Shown here: piece by piece, positions 51,100-60,601 of the stretch | Position numbering within the stretch: position 1 is the first letter of the stretch | How the letters are laid out: every line of letters begins with the position of its first letter | Source: Chitinophaga sp. | Lineage (GTDB): Bacteria > Bacteroidota > Bacteroidia > Chitinophagales > Chitinophagaceae | Length of the DNA stretch: 64,000 nucleotides | Direction: 5' to 3' | Assembly (NCBI RefSeq): GCF_039596155.1 | Contig: NZ_JBCNKF010000011.1 | Span: 29,642-93,641, forward strand | Position numbers and translations under genes: made by a program | The notes under the pieces: model-generated | The model's database searches: none | What the model was told of the DNA's origin: nothing | Seen by the model: only the letters and a program-made list of their open reading frames with translations

Positions 51100-51834
51100 A
51101 TGGAGTATAAAGAAATAAAACCTTGTAAAGGATTAGCCTCTTTTATTCATTCTTACTGGGAGTTAAAAGGTAACGAACCTGATAGACAATGGGAGCGAAT
51201 TTTTCCAGATGGCTGTGCCGGGCTGGTCATAAATGTAGGTAGTACCTGTTTAACAGACAATGGTGCTGTTAATATGGCGTTTGGGAAAACTTATGTTGTT
51301 GGTGCGATGACTACATTCAAAGATAGTTTTATTGACAATGGAACGCATCTATTAGGTGTGTGCTTCAAGCCCGCAACATTTGATAAATTTTATAATTACG
51401 CTTCGCAAAATGAGTTGATTAACGATACTGTTGAGTTTGAGAAAATCAATTCATTTAGCATTGATAAAATACTTGACAATCCATACAAATACCTGAATCA
51501 GTTTTTTTCTGATAGAATCCAAAACAAATCCAATCTGCTGGAATCCGTTATCAATGATATTCGTACAACAAACGGACAAATTAGTATTTATGAACTATCT
51601 AAGAGAAATTTCACAACGGTAAGACAATTAGAACGGTATTTTAAAAAGTACATTGGATTATCTCCGAAGGAATATGTTAATATCATTCGCTTTCAGCATG
51701 CTTTGACCATTATTAAAAATTCAGATAAAGACCGGAGTTTACTAGATATTGCTTTTGAATGCGGCTATTATGATCATGCGCATCTTACCAATGAAATCAA
51801 GCGACATACAGGACTTTCCCCATCATTGCTTTAA
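51100..51834 (+). CDS. AraC family transcriptional regulator (DUF6597-like N-terminus)
   Basis: IFPDGCAGL N-domain; VRQLERYFKKYIGLSPKEY...IRFQHA; GYYDHAHLTNEIKRHTGLSP. Confidence 0.92.
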   Translation: MEYKEIKPCKGLASFIHSYWELKGNEPDRQWERIFPDGCAGLVINVGSTCLTDNGAVNMAFGKTYVVGAMTTFKDSFIDNGTHLLGVCFKPATFDKFYNYASQNELINDTVEFEKINSFSIDKILDNPYKYLNQFFSDRIQNKSNLLESVINDIRTTNGQISIYELSKRNFTTVRQLERYFKKYIGLSPKEYVNIIRFQHALTIIKNSDKDRSLLDIAFECGYYDHAHLTNEIKRHTGLSPSLL

Positions 51835-51906
51835 TTTGTCGCATTTTTACAAAGTATGATTGGTTGGCAGGAAGTAATTTTGCAAAAACATTAAAATTCA
51901 AAACAG

Positions 51907-52440
51907 ATGCGAAAGATTTCACTTTTCATTGCGACAAGTTTAGACGGCTACATTGCAAAGCCTAATGACGACCTTAGCTTCTTAAAACTCGTTGAAAAGG
52001 AAGGTGAAGATTATGGTTATGCGAAATTTACAGATACGATTGATACGTTGATCATCGGCAGGAAAACTTATGATTATGTCGTTAAAGAGATTGGTCCCTC
52101 TCATTATGACAATGGACAAAGAGATGTGTATGTAATAACAAGAACTGAAAGGCCACAGGTGGGTAGAACGATTTTCTATAGCGGGAGTTTGGTTGAATTG
52201 GTTGACCGGTTAAGATCGGAGGGTGGTAGGAATATTTATTGTGACGGTGGGGCAGAGGTGATCAATGAGTTATTGAAGAGTGGGTTGGTAGACGAGTTTA
52301 TTATATCGGTTATCCCGGTTTTATTAGGTAATGGGACAAGGCTTTTTAAGGATGGAAGGCCTGAGCAGGTGCTTGAATTTGTGGATGCGAAGGTGTTTGA
52401 AACTGGGTTGGTGCAGTTGTGTTATAGGCGGAAGGGTTAA
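51907..52440 (+). CDS. Dihydrofolate reductase family protein (RibD C-terminal-like)
   Basis: IATSLDGYIA, IIGRKTY, CDGGAEV, VDEFIISVIPVLLGNG. Confidence 0.9.
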   Translation: MRKISLFIATSLDGYIAKPNDDLSFLKLVEKEGEDYGYAKFTDTIDTLIIGRKTYDYVVKEIGPSHYDNGQRDVYVITRTERPQVGRTIFYSGSLVELVDRLRSEGGRNIYCDGGAEVINELLKSGLVDEFIISVIPVLLGNGTRLFKDGRPEQVLEFVDAKVFETGLVQLCYRRKG

Positions 52441-52564
52441 TACCTGTAGAATTTGCAGGCTTACATTGAATGATCTGGCAAGTATTCCTTGGAAAAATAC
52501 AAACTAGTTGGTATAGGTAAATTAATGCATCTCTGTTAATTTCACGCTATAACAACTTACCCCC

Positions 52565-53953
52565 ATGAAGACTGACCCACAACTTTTAAAGCGATATGGT
52601 CTTATCGTATTGTTTTTTACCCTACAGGTCTCGCTTTATGGGCAGGGTTCCATAAATTTTGATGCTTTTAAGGTTGACAATGATGGCCATAAAAAGTTAA
52701 ATGACGAAAACTCATTCAAAAGACTCATTAATGAACAGTTTAGTGCACTAATTACGGGGAGTACGAAAAATAGCTTGGGTAATTTTGCGTCCGTAGATCT
52801 TGCGGATGCCTCTGTTTCACTCGCTGGCAATCTTATCGCAAAGAATGGTTCAATATTTACCGTCAAAGCTAATGGTGGTACAACGGACGGTTTCTTCGCC
52901 ATTTTTGATAACTCAAAACTAAACACCCAGGTCGCTATTGATCTTCAGTATAACTTTCTTTCTTTAGACCAGCAGCAGCTTCAATTTAATACAGATTCGG
53001 CTGATGCTTACAACGGCAGCATTAACAAAATAGCATATGACTATCATCTGAAAAAGATAGAGCTGGTTCCGAAAAGGAATGCTGATTTACTGAACTTACA
53101 GCACAAAAAAGATACATTAACCCAGAAAATTAGCCAGTTAAATGACCGGCTTAAAACTGAGACTGATCCTGATAAAGTATTATCGTTGCAGACAGATCTG
53201 GCTAAAACACAGCTATTAGCGGATTCCATAAATAGCGCAATTACAGATTACCCCTCACTTGGTCAGCAGACATTGAGCCTTGAAAATATTACACTGGCAA
53301 AATTGAACGGACTTTCATTTTCATCAAAAATAATAGGGTTCGCTTTTGGCTGGTTTTCTGTTGGCTATAAAGTGAACAACAATGCGTTTAAGTGTTTTAA
53401 TCCAACTGCGGCATATGATTTACAGGTAACAGATACTTCTTTTGTAAGCCATGAAGTAAGACTCCAATATTCCTATTATAAATGGGCAAACAACAGTCGT
53501 TCATATTTTTATGATGCAGGAATTGCATTTGATTATACGGATAATTTCGACCAGCTGAAGAAGAAAACCATTACAGAGAAAAGAGATTATGGCAGTACTG
53601 TTGATGAGAGAAGCACTACAAAACAATATAATGCTTATCAAGGTACGTATCAGCGGGACCTGAAACAGTTAAAGTTCTATGGTGATGTGTACTGGTTTTT
53701 CTTTAACAGAGGGGCATTTCACCTGGCACCGGAGTGGTTGGTTAAAAGTAATGAGAAGCCTATAGGTAATGCCTCTATAGGTTTTTTAATGGGCTTGAAA
53801 GATAGTAAAAAGAACGATGGCTCTATTGTTAATATTGAGTTGTACTATAAATTCCTGGACGTATTTAAAGCTACGGACACAGATTATAAATTGTTTGAAC
53901 GCAACAGTATCGGCCTCAGATTTACCTTTCCTTTACAATTTAAATATAAATAG
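52565..53953 (+). CDS. Hypothetical exported protein, possible outer-membrane barrel with coiled-coil insert
   Basis: 462 aa; signal-like N-terminus; central heptad-like segment (KKDTLTQKISQLNDRLKTE); amphipathic beta-like C-terminal half ending IGLRFTFPLQFKYK. Confidence 0.7.
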   Translation: MKTDPQLLKRYGLIVLFFTLQVSLYGQGSINFDAFKVDNDGHKKLNDENSFKRLINEQFSALITGSTKNSLGNFASVDLADASVSLAGNLIAKNGSIFTVKANGGTTDGFFAIFDNSKLNTQVAIDLQYNFLSLDQQQLQFNTDSADAYNGSINKIAYDYHLKKIELVPKRNADLLNLQHKKDTLTQKISQLNDRLKTETDPDKVLSLQTDLAKTQLLADSINSAITDYPSLGQQTLSLENITLAKLNGLSFSSKIIGFAFGWFSVGYKVNNNAFKCFNPTAAYDLQVTDTSFVSHEVRLQYSYYKWANNSRSYFYDAGIAFDYTDNFDQLKKKTITEKRDYGSTVDERSTTKQYNAYQGTYQRDLKQLKFYGDVYWFFFNRGAFHLAPEWLVKSNEKPIGNASIGFLMGLKDSKKNDGSIVNIELYYKFLDVFKATDTDYKLFERNSIGLRFTFPLQFKYK

Positions 53954-53955
53954 TT

Positions 53956-54153
53956 ATGGGTGACTCAATATATTATCAGGCCGTTTGCGATGATTGTGAT
54001 TTTAGTGGCGACAAGAGGAGCCTTAAATCAGACGCATATGATGATGCATTGGCGCATAAGGCTGAACTGGGCAAGCAAAATCATACGGTAAATGTTATTA
54101 CGACAACAACAAAAAAGCCGCGATTTTTAAGTTTTATACATAGGGGGAAATAG
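53956..54153 (+). CDS. Small hypothetical protein with CxxC...H...H putative zinc-binding motif
   Basis: 65 aa, starts 2 nt after the upstream stop; CDDC...ALAHKAELGKQNH. Confidence 0.6.
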   Translation: MGDSIYYQAVCDDCDFSGDKRSLKSDAYDDALAHKAELGKQNHTVNVITTTTKKPRFLSFIHRGK

Positions 54154-54363
54154 AAATCAAGTTTCTTTATTGGGTACAAAATTCTCTTTTTTAGAATAAG
54201 GTACAGACTGATAGGAATATAGTGTCGCACTCTTGGTTGCGGGGAAGTTTCCGTTCTCAAGACAATAGGTTAATTAGGTTTTATATGACAGTCTTGGTTG
54301 AGAAGTTATTTACTGGCATGTCCGCGATAATAGGAAAAATAGACAGGAGTATTATTTAGTAAT

Positions 54364-54396
54364 AAAAAAGGCATCGCTCATCGCGATGCCTTTTTT
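54364..54396. terminator. Bidirectional terminator downstream of tRNA-Leu
   Basis: aaaaaaggcatcgc-tcatc-gcgatgcctttttt perfect stem with A and T tails. Confidence 0.85.
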
Positions 54397-54427
54397 ATCA
54401 ACTATTTCGAAGCGCCAGCTTCATCTG

Positions 54428-54513
54428 TACCCGGGATGGGAGTTGAACCCACACTCCCATTGCTGGGAACGGGATTTTAAGTCCCGCGTGTCTACCAATT
54501 CCACCACCCGGGT
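54428..54513 (-). tRNA. tRNA-Leu (TAA)
   Basis: ACCCGGG acceptor stem, CTTAAAA anticodon loop, long variable arm, GGGTTCAAC T-loop; 86 nt. Confidence 0.95.
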
Positions 54514-54564
54514 ATCCTCAAAACAAAAAATCCAAACTGCAAGCAATTTGGAAGTCTGTTCGGG

Positions 54565-54637
<73 letters not shown>

Positions 54638-54695
54638 TTGTGTGTAAGAACTTTATTTCCCTCAGAAACAACCCGTTGTTTTTTCGTTGGGATTG

Positions 54696-54725
54696 CAAAG
54701 ATAGGATTTGTTTTATAAAAACAAA
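54696..54725 (-). promoter_or_regulatory. sigma-A promoter of the tRNA-Gly/tRNA-Leu operon
   Basis: -7 TATCTTTG (caaagata at 54696-54703) and -33 TTTG (caaa at 54722-54725). Confidence 0.7.
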
Positions 54726-54802
54726 AAAATCTTATCCTTATTTTTTGAAATTTGTCTCTCTACCCAGCAAACCCAAGCCCAGCAAAGTATTAAAGTAAAT
54801 AA

Positions 54803-54828
54803 AAAAGACTGCGATATCGCAGCCTTTT
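54803..54828 (-). terminator. Intrinsic terminator of the 54839..55690 gene
   Basis: Minus strand reads aaaaggctgcga-ta-tcgcagtc followed by a T run. Confidence 0.65.
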
Positions 54829-54838
54829 CTAAAAATCT

Positions 54839-55690
54839 TTAAAATTTATATTTATACCTGACCACACCCACCTGCACTTTCTGCCTTCCATACACATCCT
54901 GCCCCTCCAGCAAATTCATGTCATTATACGTATTTCTATAAATGATATAATCCCCCGTTTCCACATTGACCGTTGTCGTAGCGCCAATCCTGTTCTTTGC
55001 ATCATAATCAAATACATAATCAGGCAACATTTTCTGTTTGGATGGGTAGTAGCGGTAAATGTCCGTCAGTAACCCCTGATCATTGTACTTGTAATAGATC
55101 TTGCCCTTGCCCGTTTCCTGCTCTTCTACAATACGCCCTACACTGTCCTGTACAAACTTTACCGTTGTGGAGTCTTCCAGCTTTTCGCCCCGGAAATGGA
55201 TCATCCTCACTGGTTTATTGAGAGAGTCGTATACATACCTTCTCGTCTCTGATACCGAATACTTATTCTTAGGATCTTCAGTTTTTACGTAGATCTCTTT
55301 GATATTATGTGACGAATCGTATTTATCGTACGTGTAAATAGTAGTGGTAATAATGCTACGGGTACTATCTATAATCTTGGTCAGATGTCCTTTGGTATTG
55401 AAGTAAGTCCGCATAATCGAACGGCCCGTTGCTGCTGAAGCAGTCACTGTCACCAGTTGCCGGTAGTTGTCAGAGAAATCACGCTCACTTCTGAAATCAT
55501 AATCCGTTTTACGCCCCTCGGCATCCAGGCTGAATACGATCTGTGACACCACCTTGGCCTTTTTATAATTGGCCTGGTTTTCCTCCGTCTGCCTGGTATT
55601 GAGAATGTCCAGGTAGTAAAACTGTGCATGGGCCCCGGTGTAAAGTCCCAGAAATATGGCTATGGCAAATAAAGTTTTTCTCGTGTACAT
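54839..55690 (-). CDS. Hypothetical exported protein with YD-like beta-hairpin repeats
   Basis: Signal peptide ending AHAQ; repeated Y.YD/Y.YN motifs (YTYDKYD, YVYDSLN, YKYNDQG, FDYDAKN). Confidence 0.75.
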   Translation of the reverse strand: MYTRKTLFAIAIFLGLYTGAHAQFYYLDILNTRQTEENQANYKKAKVVSQIVFSLDAEGRKTDYDFRSERDFSDNYRQLVTVTASAATGRSIMRTYFNTKGHLTKIIDSTRSIITTTIYTYDKYDSSHNIKEIYVKTEDPKNKYSVSETRRYVYDSLNKPVRMIHFRGEKLEDSTTVKFVQDSVGRIVEEQETGKGKIYYKYNDQGLLTDIYRYYPSKQKMLPDYVFDYDAKNRIGATTTVNVETGDYIIYRNTYNDMNLLEGQDVYGRQKVQVGVVRYKYKF

Positions 55691-55698
55691 ATTAAATG

Positions 55699-55706
55699 CA
55701 AAAATA
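55699..55706 (-). promoter_or_regulatory. -7 element TATTTTTG just upstream of ATG 55690
   Basis: Reverse complement of caaaaata, 8 nt from the start codon. Confidence 0.55.
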
Positions 55707-55835
55707 ATGATTTAGGGAATGTTACGTATGAAGGATTTGTAAATTGTTGAGATCCAGTACAATCCCCTTTTTTATTCCCCTTAAACGTAAAACAGATTAA
55801 AAAAATTATATTTATAGGACTAACACTTTAACCAT

Positions 55836-56768
55836 TTGAAAACACAACCTATCCGGGCAGAAAAAAACTGCCTTAACTGCGGCACGGAAGTTCCGGAGCG
55901 TTACTGTACCCATTGCGGCCAGGAAAATACTGTTCCCCACGAATCTTTCGGCCACCTGTTCAACCACTTCTTTGCTGATGTAATTCATTATGATTCAAAG
56001 ACCCTGATCACCCTGAAATACCTCCTGTTCCGACCGGGATTCCTCACCCAGGAGTATATTGCCGGCAAAAGGGTACGGTATGTGAACCCGATCAAGTTCT
56101 ACATCTTTACCTCTTTCGTCTTTTTCTTTAGCTATTTCGCTTTTACACACGAAGAGGAGGGAAAAGATGTAAACTCCACAGTGATTGTGGCCGAAAGTTA
56201 CCATCCGGGCGATTACGACAAAACTGATAGTATTGCCAATACCTGGGCAAAGAAACTGGACAGGTACAAGAATGAAGAAGATTACTTAAATGCCCAAAAA
56301 GCGCTGCCGGCAAATAAGCGGGACGGTGCTTTTACCAGGCTGGCCGTGCGCCAGTACTTTAAACAAAAAGAGCGGAAGGAAAAAGGAGAAGCAGGAATGG
56401 ATGAGCGCTTTCAGCACAACTATCCCAAGATGATGTTCATCCTGCTACCGCTATTTGCCCTTTATCTTAAATGGTTTTATCGGCGCAGTAAAAAATGGTT
56501 TTATGCTGACCATGCTATTTTCTCGCTGCACTTCCACACATTTTTTTTCATTTTCTACCTGTTCACGACCATACTTGACTGGTTGTTCAATGTAGATTTC
56601 ATTTCCCTGGCCGGTCTTGTTGTCATCTTCATTTACCTCATACTTTCTCTCAAACGGATCTATGGAGGTAAACCTTTCTGGAAGGCTTTCTGGCTGGTAT
56701 TATTGTATAGCTTCACCCTGCTGGTGGTCTTTACCGGGTTTACAATAATCATCAGCTTTTTGATGTAA
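55836..56768 (+). CDS. DUF3667 domain-containing membrane protein
   Basis: CLNCG...YCTHCGQ zinc ribbon; TLKYLLFRPGFLTQEYIAGKRVRYVNPIKFYIF; several TM helices; TTG start. Confidence 0.88.
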   Translation: MKTQPIRAEKNCLNCGTEVPERYCTHCGQENTVPHESFGHLFNHFFADVIHYDSKTLITLKYLLFRPGFLTQEYIAGKRVRYVNPIKFYIFTSFVFFFSYFAFTHEEEGKDVNSTVIVAESYHPGDYDKTDSIANTWAKKLDRYKNEEDYLNAQKALPANKRDGAFTRLAVRQYFKQKERKEKGEAGMDERFQHNYPKMMFILLPLFALYLKWFYRRSKKWFYADHAIFSLHFHTFFFIFYLFTTILDWLFNVDFISLAGLVVIFIYLILSLKRIYGGKPFWKAFWLVLLYSFTLLVVFTGFTIIISFLM

Positions 56769-56776
56769 ATTAGGAG

Positions 56777-57556
56777 ATGCAACCTGAATTTATAATCATA
56801 CACCAGCAAGTGGCGCCCTATGTAGCCCACATCCAATTGAACCGCCCCAAAGAACTGAATGCCCTCAATCTGCAACTAATGACAGAGCTGAAAGAGGCTT
56901 TAAAAACACTGGATGCAGACGATAGTGTACGCGTAATCGTAATCAGTGGAAATGACAAGGCATTTGCGGCCGGTGCTGATATTAAACAGATGGCAGGGAA
57001 AACTGCCATGGATATGTATAATATCGATCAGTTCAGTACCTGGGATACAATAAAGAAAACAAAGAAACCGTTGATTGCAGCAGTAAGTGGTTTTGCTTTA
57101 GGCGGTGGTTGTGAGCTTGTTATGCTTTGCGACTTGATCGTTGCCAGTGAAACCGCCCGCTTCGGACAACCGGAGATCAAGATCGGCGTCATGCCCGGAG
57201 CAGGAGGGACCCAGCGCCTCACCAGGGCCGTAGGCAAAGCGCTCGCCATGGAAATGGTGCTGACAGGAAAATTTATTACCGCAACCGAAGCATTAAATGC
57301 AGGACTAATTAACCGTATCGTTCCGGTTGAACTATATTTGCAGGAAGCATTCCAGTTGGCAACAGAAATTGCATCACTGAGTCCACTCGCTGTTCGTATG
57401 GCGAAAGAGTCTGTATTGAAAGCCTTTGATAGCTCGCTGGAAGAAGGTTTGCATTTTGAAAGGAAGAACTTCTACCTGCTGTTTGCCTCCGAAGATCAGA
57501 AAGAAGGCATGCAGGCTTTTGTAGAAAAACGTACACCTGTATTTAAAGGAAAATGA
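56777..57556 (+). CDS. Enoyl-CoA hydratase (crotonase family, PaaF-like)
   Basis: LNRPKELNAL, AFAAGADIK, ALGGGCEL, QPEIKIGVMPGAGGTQRL, DQKEGMQAFVEKR. Confidence 0.95.
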   Translation: MQPEFIIIHQQVAPYVAHIQLNRPKELNALNLQLMTELKEALKTLDADDSVRVIVISGNDKAFAAGADIKQMAGKTAMDMYNIDQFSTWDTIKKTKKPLIAAVSGFALGGGCELVMLCDLIVASETARFGQPEIKIGVMPGAGGTQRLTRAVGKALAMEMVLTGKFITATEALNAGLINRIVPVELYLQEAFQLATEIASLSPLAVRMAKESVLKAFDSSLEEGLHFERKNFYLLFASEDQKEGMQAFVEKRTPVFKGK

Positions 57557-57589
57557 TAGCGGCTTTGGAAAGCCGTGAACAATGAAATC

Positions 57590-58108
57590 ATGACATTTAC
57601 CAAACATGTGACAGCCATGACTGTGTTGGCTGCATGCATCTTAGGATGTAAAGAACCCACTACGACTAATGCAAGGGAAAAAAAAGACAATATTGCAGCA
57701 CCGGAGACCGATACCATGATTACCACCAACGACGCAGTTGAACCGGTGAAAGTTACGTCGTGGAAGCATTTTGAACAGTACGACGGTAAGTATATTACAG
57801 AAACAGATATACTACAACATGAACCGCTCAAATCGCGGCTCAGAAGTTTACTCGGAAATGAAAATAATACCCTGCAGCAACGCTTTGATGTCGCTCCTCC
57901 TATCGAGGTTGAAAACGATATTCTGTATAACCAGGGATGTCGTAAACACTATTGTGGGGCCGACGAAGCTGCGATCGCAATCGATATGAAACATGATGTT
58001 GTGTATGCAGGTGTGGCGGTAAACGGGGTTGTAAAGCTGTATACCGAAGATGCGGCAACACGATATCCTGAGAAACTCCTGAAGTGGAAAGAAAAATTTG
58101 GTGAATAA
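57590..58108 (+). CDS. Hypothetical lipoprotein, Ivy (lysozyme inhibitor)-like
   Basis: Lipobox ILGC (ATG 57590; GTG 57575 is an alternative); GCRKHYCG loop resembles the Ivy CKPHDC motif. Confidence 0.55.
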   Translation: MTFTKHVTAMTVLAACILGCKEPTTTNAREKKDNIAAPETDTMITTNDAVEPVKVTSWKHFEQYDGKYITETDILQHEPLKSRLRSLLGNENNTLQQRFDVAPPIEVENDILYNQGCRKHYCGADEAAIAIDMKHDVVYAGVAVNGVVKLYTEDAATRYPEKLLKWKEKFGE

Positions 58109-58117
58109 GCACATAAA

Positions 58118-58150
58118 AAAGCGCCCATTCTTGTACAGAATGGGCGCTTT
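58118..58150. terminator. Bidirectional terminator between the lipoprotein gene and tex
   Basis: aaagcgcccattct-tgtac-agaatgggcgcttt perfect stem. Confidence 0.88.
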
Positions 58151-58163
58151 CCCTATAAAACTA

Positions 58164-60440
58164 TTAATTGAATTTCTTCTTCAATTCTGCCAGTTTAGCC
58201 TGAAAATCATTCAATGGTGCAGGTGCGCCGCTCTTTCTGTTCCCGTTGTTATCCGGTCTTCTGTCTCCCGTACCCCTGTTCTCCCTTCTCTGACCACCGC
58301 CTTGCTGTGCCGGCTCATTGGTCTTCATAGACAGTGATATACGCTTACGGCTCGGATCTACTTCCAATACGGTTACAGTTACCTTCTGGTTCAGCTTCAC
58401 TGCTTCATTTGGATTACTGATATACTTATTGCTCAGATGAGAAATATGCACGAGACCGTCCTGTTTCACCCCAACATCCACAAATGCGCCGAAGTTAGTA
58501 ATGTTAGTTACCACACCCGGCAATGTCATACCGACTCTCAGGTCTTCCATGCTCTTAATGCCTTCCGCATATTCAAAGATGGCAATTTCATCGCGAGGGT
58601 CACGACTTGGCTTATCCAGCTCCTTCAGGATGTCTTCCAATGTGAGCAGACCCACTTCTTCACTTACATACTCCTTAGGATTGATTTGCTTACGCAGCTC
58701 TTCCTTTGTCATCAGGTCCTGTACAGTACAATGCTGCTTGGTTGCCATGCTCTCAATCAGTTTGTAGCGCTCAGGGTGTACTGCTGAATTATCCAGTGGA
58801 TTATCGCCATTCTCAATACGCAGGAAGCCCGCACATTGTTCGAATGCCTTTTCACCCAGACGGGTTACCTTCTTCAGTTGTAAACGGTTGCTGAACGCAC
58901 CATTCTCCTTGCGGTACTTTACAATATTCTCTGCCAGTGAAGGTCCTAAACCAGACACATAGGCCAGCAGGTGCTTCGAAGCTGTATTCAGGTTCACACC
59001 TACATTGTTCACGCAGCTTACGACCACCCTGTCCAGGCTCTGTTTCAACTGTGACTGGTTCACGTCATGCTGGTACTGGCCTACACCAATTGCTTTCGGA
59101 TCAATCTTTACCAGCTCAGCCAGCGGATCTATCAGTCGGCGACCAATAGATACAGCACCACGTACCGTTACGTCAAATTCCGGGAACTCCTCACGCGCTA
59201 CTTCCGATGCAGAATACACAGAAGCACCACTTTCATTCACCATGAATACGTTGATCTTTTTACCAAAATCAATCTTCTTCACAAATTCTTCAGTCTCTCT
59301 GCCGGCAGTACCGTTACCAACCGCGATAGCAGAAGTATCATAGCGATCCGCCCATTTTTTCAGCAGGGCCTCCGCGTCATCACGTTTATAGTTCTTTTCC
59401 AGTGGATAGATCACATCATTATCCAGCATATTACCCTGGTTGTCCAGCGCTACTACCTTACAACCGGTTCTGTAACCCGGGTCTATGGCAATCACGGCTT
59501 TAGGCCCCAGTGGTGCAGCAAGTAACAGCTGACGCAGGTTCTCTGCAAATACTTCGATGGCTTCCTGATCTGCCCTTTCTTTTGCAAGTGCACGGAATTC
59601 ATTTTCCAGCGATGGACGCAGCAAACGCTTGTAAGAATCGGTGATGGCCTTTCCTACCTGCTCGCTGGCAGCATTTCTGGTGGTAATGAATTGTTTCTCC
59701 ATGATATCGATCGCTTCTTCTTCGTTAGGAGCGATCGTACCATACAGGAATCCTTCGGCTTCTCCACGCAGGATGGCCAGTACACGGTGAGAAGGAATCT
59801 TGCTGAAATCTTCATTAAAATCGAAGTAATCTTTGTATTTATTACCCTCTTCTTCTTTGCCTTCGATCACTTTGGAGGTTAAAACAGAAGTATGGGTGAA
59901 AAGCTTACGCATTTTGTCACGCAGCTCAGCATTTTCGTTGATCCACTCTGCCATGATATCACGGGCACCTTTCAGGGCTTCTTCCGTAGACGCTACCTGC
60001 TCATTAAGGAACTGTTCTGCAAGGGATTGTGGTACACCATCCTGTTGTTCGAACAGCATTTTAGCCAGTGGTTCCAGACCTTTTTCGATCGCCACAGTAG
60101 CCCGGGTCTTACGTTTGGGTTTGTATGGCAGATAAATATCTTCCAGTTCTGTCAGTACCCAGGTGTTTTCCAGTTTGTCCAGCAGTTCCGGAGTCATTTT
60201 CTCCTGATCTGTAATGGTTTTGATAATGAACGCACGACGTTCATCGATTTCCTTGTAACGTTTCTGCAGGTCTTCGATACGGCCTATCTGCACCTCATCA
60301 AGGCTGCCTGTCACTTCCTTACGGTAGCGACTGATAAAGGGTACAGTAGACCCCTCTGCCAGCAAATTCATGGTATTCTCAGCTGAACGGGCTGGAATGC
60401 CCAATTCAGACGAAATAAGTGCAATGTGTTTGGTATTCAT
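58164..60440 (-). CDS. tex: Tex family transcriptional accessory / RNA-binding protein
   Basis: GSTVPFISRYRKE N-terminus, YqgF-like IDPGYRTGCK, HhH repeats, S1 domain GVVTNITNFGAFVDVG. Confidence 0.96.
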   Translation of the reverse strand: MNTKHIALISSELGIPARSAENTMNLLAEGSTVPFISRYRKEVTGSLDEVQIGRIEDLQKRYKEIDERRAFIIKTITDQEKMTPELLDKLENTWVLTELEDIYLPYKPKRKTRATVAIEKGLEPLAKMLFEQQDGVPQSLAEQFLNEQVASTEEALKGARDIMAEWINENAELRDKMRKLFTHTSVLTSKVIEGKEEEGNKYKDYFDFNEDFSKIPSHRVLAILRGEAEGFLYGTIAPNEEEAIDIMEKQFITTRNAASEQVGKAITDSYKRLLRPSLENEFRALAKERADQEAIEVFAENLRQLLLAAPLGPKAVIAIDPGYRTGCKVVALDNQGNMLDNDVIYPLEKNYKRDDAEALLKKWADRYDTSAIAVGNGTAGRETEEFVKKIDFGKKINVFMVNESGASVYSASEVAREEFPEFDVTVRGAVSIGRRLIDPLAELVKIDPKAIGVGQYQHDVNQSQLKQSLDRVVVSCVNNVGVNLNTASKHLLAYVSGLGPSLAENIVKYRKENGAFSNRLQLKKVTRLGEKAFEQCAGFLRIENGDNPLDNSAVHPERYKLIESMATKQHCTVQDLMTKEELRKQINPKEYVSEEVGLLTLEDILKELDKPSRDPRDEIAIFEYAEGIKSMEDLRVGMTLPGVVTNITNFGAFVDVGVKQDGLVHISHLSNKYISNPNEAVKLNQKVTVTVLEVDPSRKRISLSMKTNEPAQQGGGQRRENRGTGDRRPDNNGNRKSGAPAPLNDFQAKLAELKKKFN

Positions 60441-60481
60441 GAAACGAAAATTAGTCTTTTTACGGTTATTAAACCGGCCGA

Positions 60482-60489
60482 CAAATGTA
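60482..60489 (-). promoter_or_regulatory. -7 element TACATTTG of tex
   Basis: Reverse complement of caaatgta, about 40 nt upstream of the tex ATG. Confidence 0.6.
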
Positions 60490-60589
60490 ACTAAAATGCC
60501 TTTGTCATCAACAAAAAGAAATTAACATATGATGGCCGCCCGGCTACCCTCAAATTTCGGCCCGAATTTAGCAGCGGAGACATATTCCT

Positions 60590-60597
60590 TATATTTG
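60590..60597 (+). promoter_or_regulatory. -7 element TATATTTG of mazG
   Basis: Matches TAnnTTTG; 4 nt before the mazG ATG. Confidence 0.55.
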
Positions 60598-60601
60598 ACA
60601 A

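Noticed and set aside
59067-60386. Several 100-165 aa plus-strand ORFs antisense to tex
   Set aside because: Typical antisense shadows of a codon-biased conserved gene; the same applies to the many short ORFs inside susC, HTCS and mutS-like genes.
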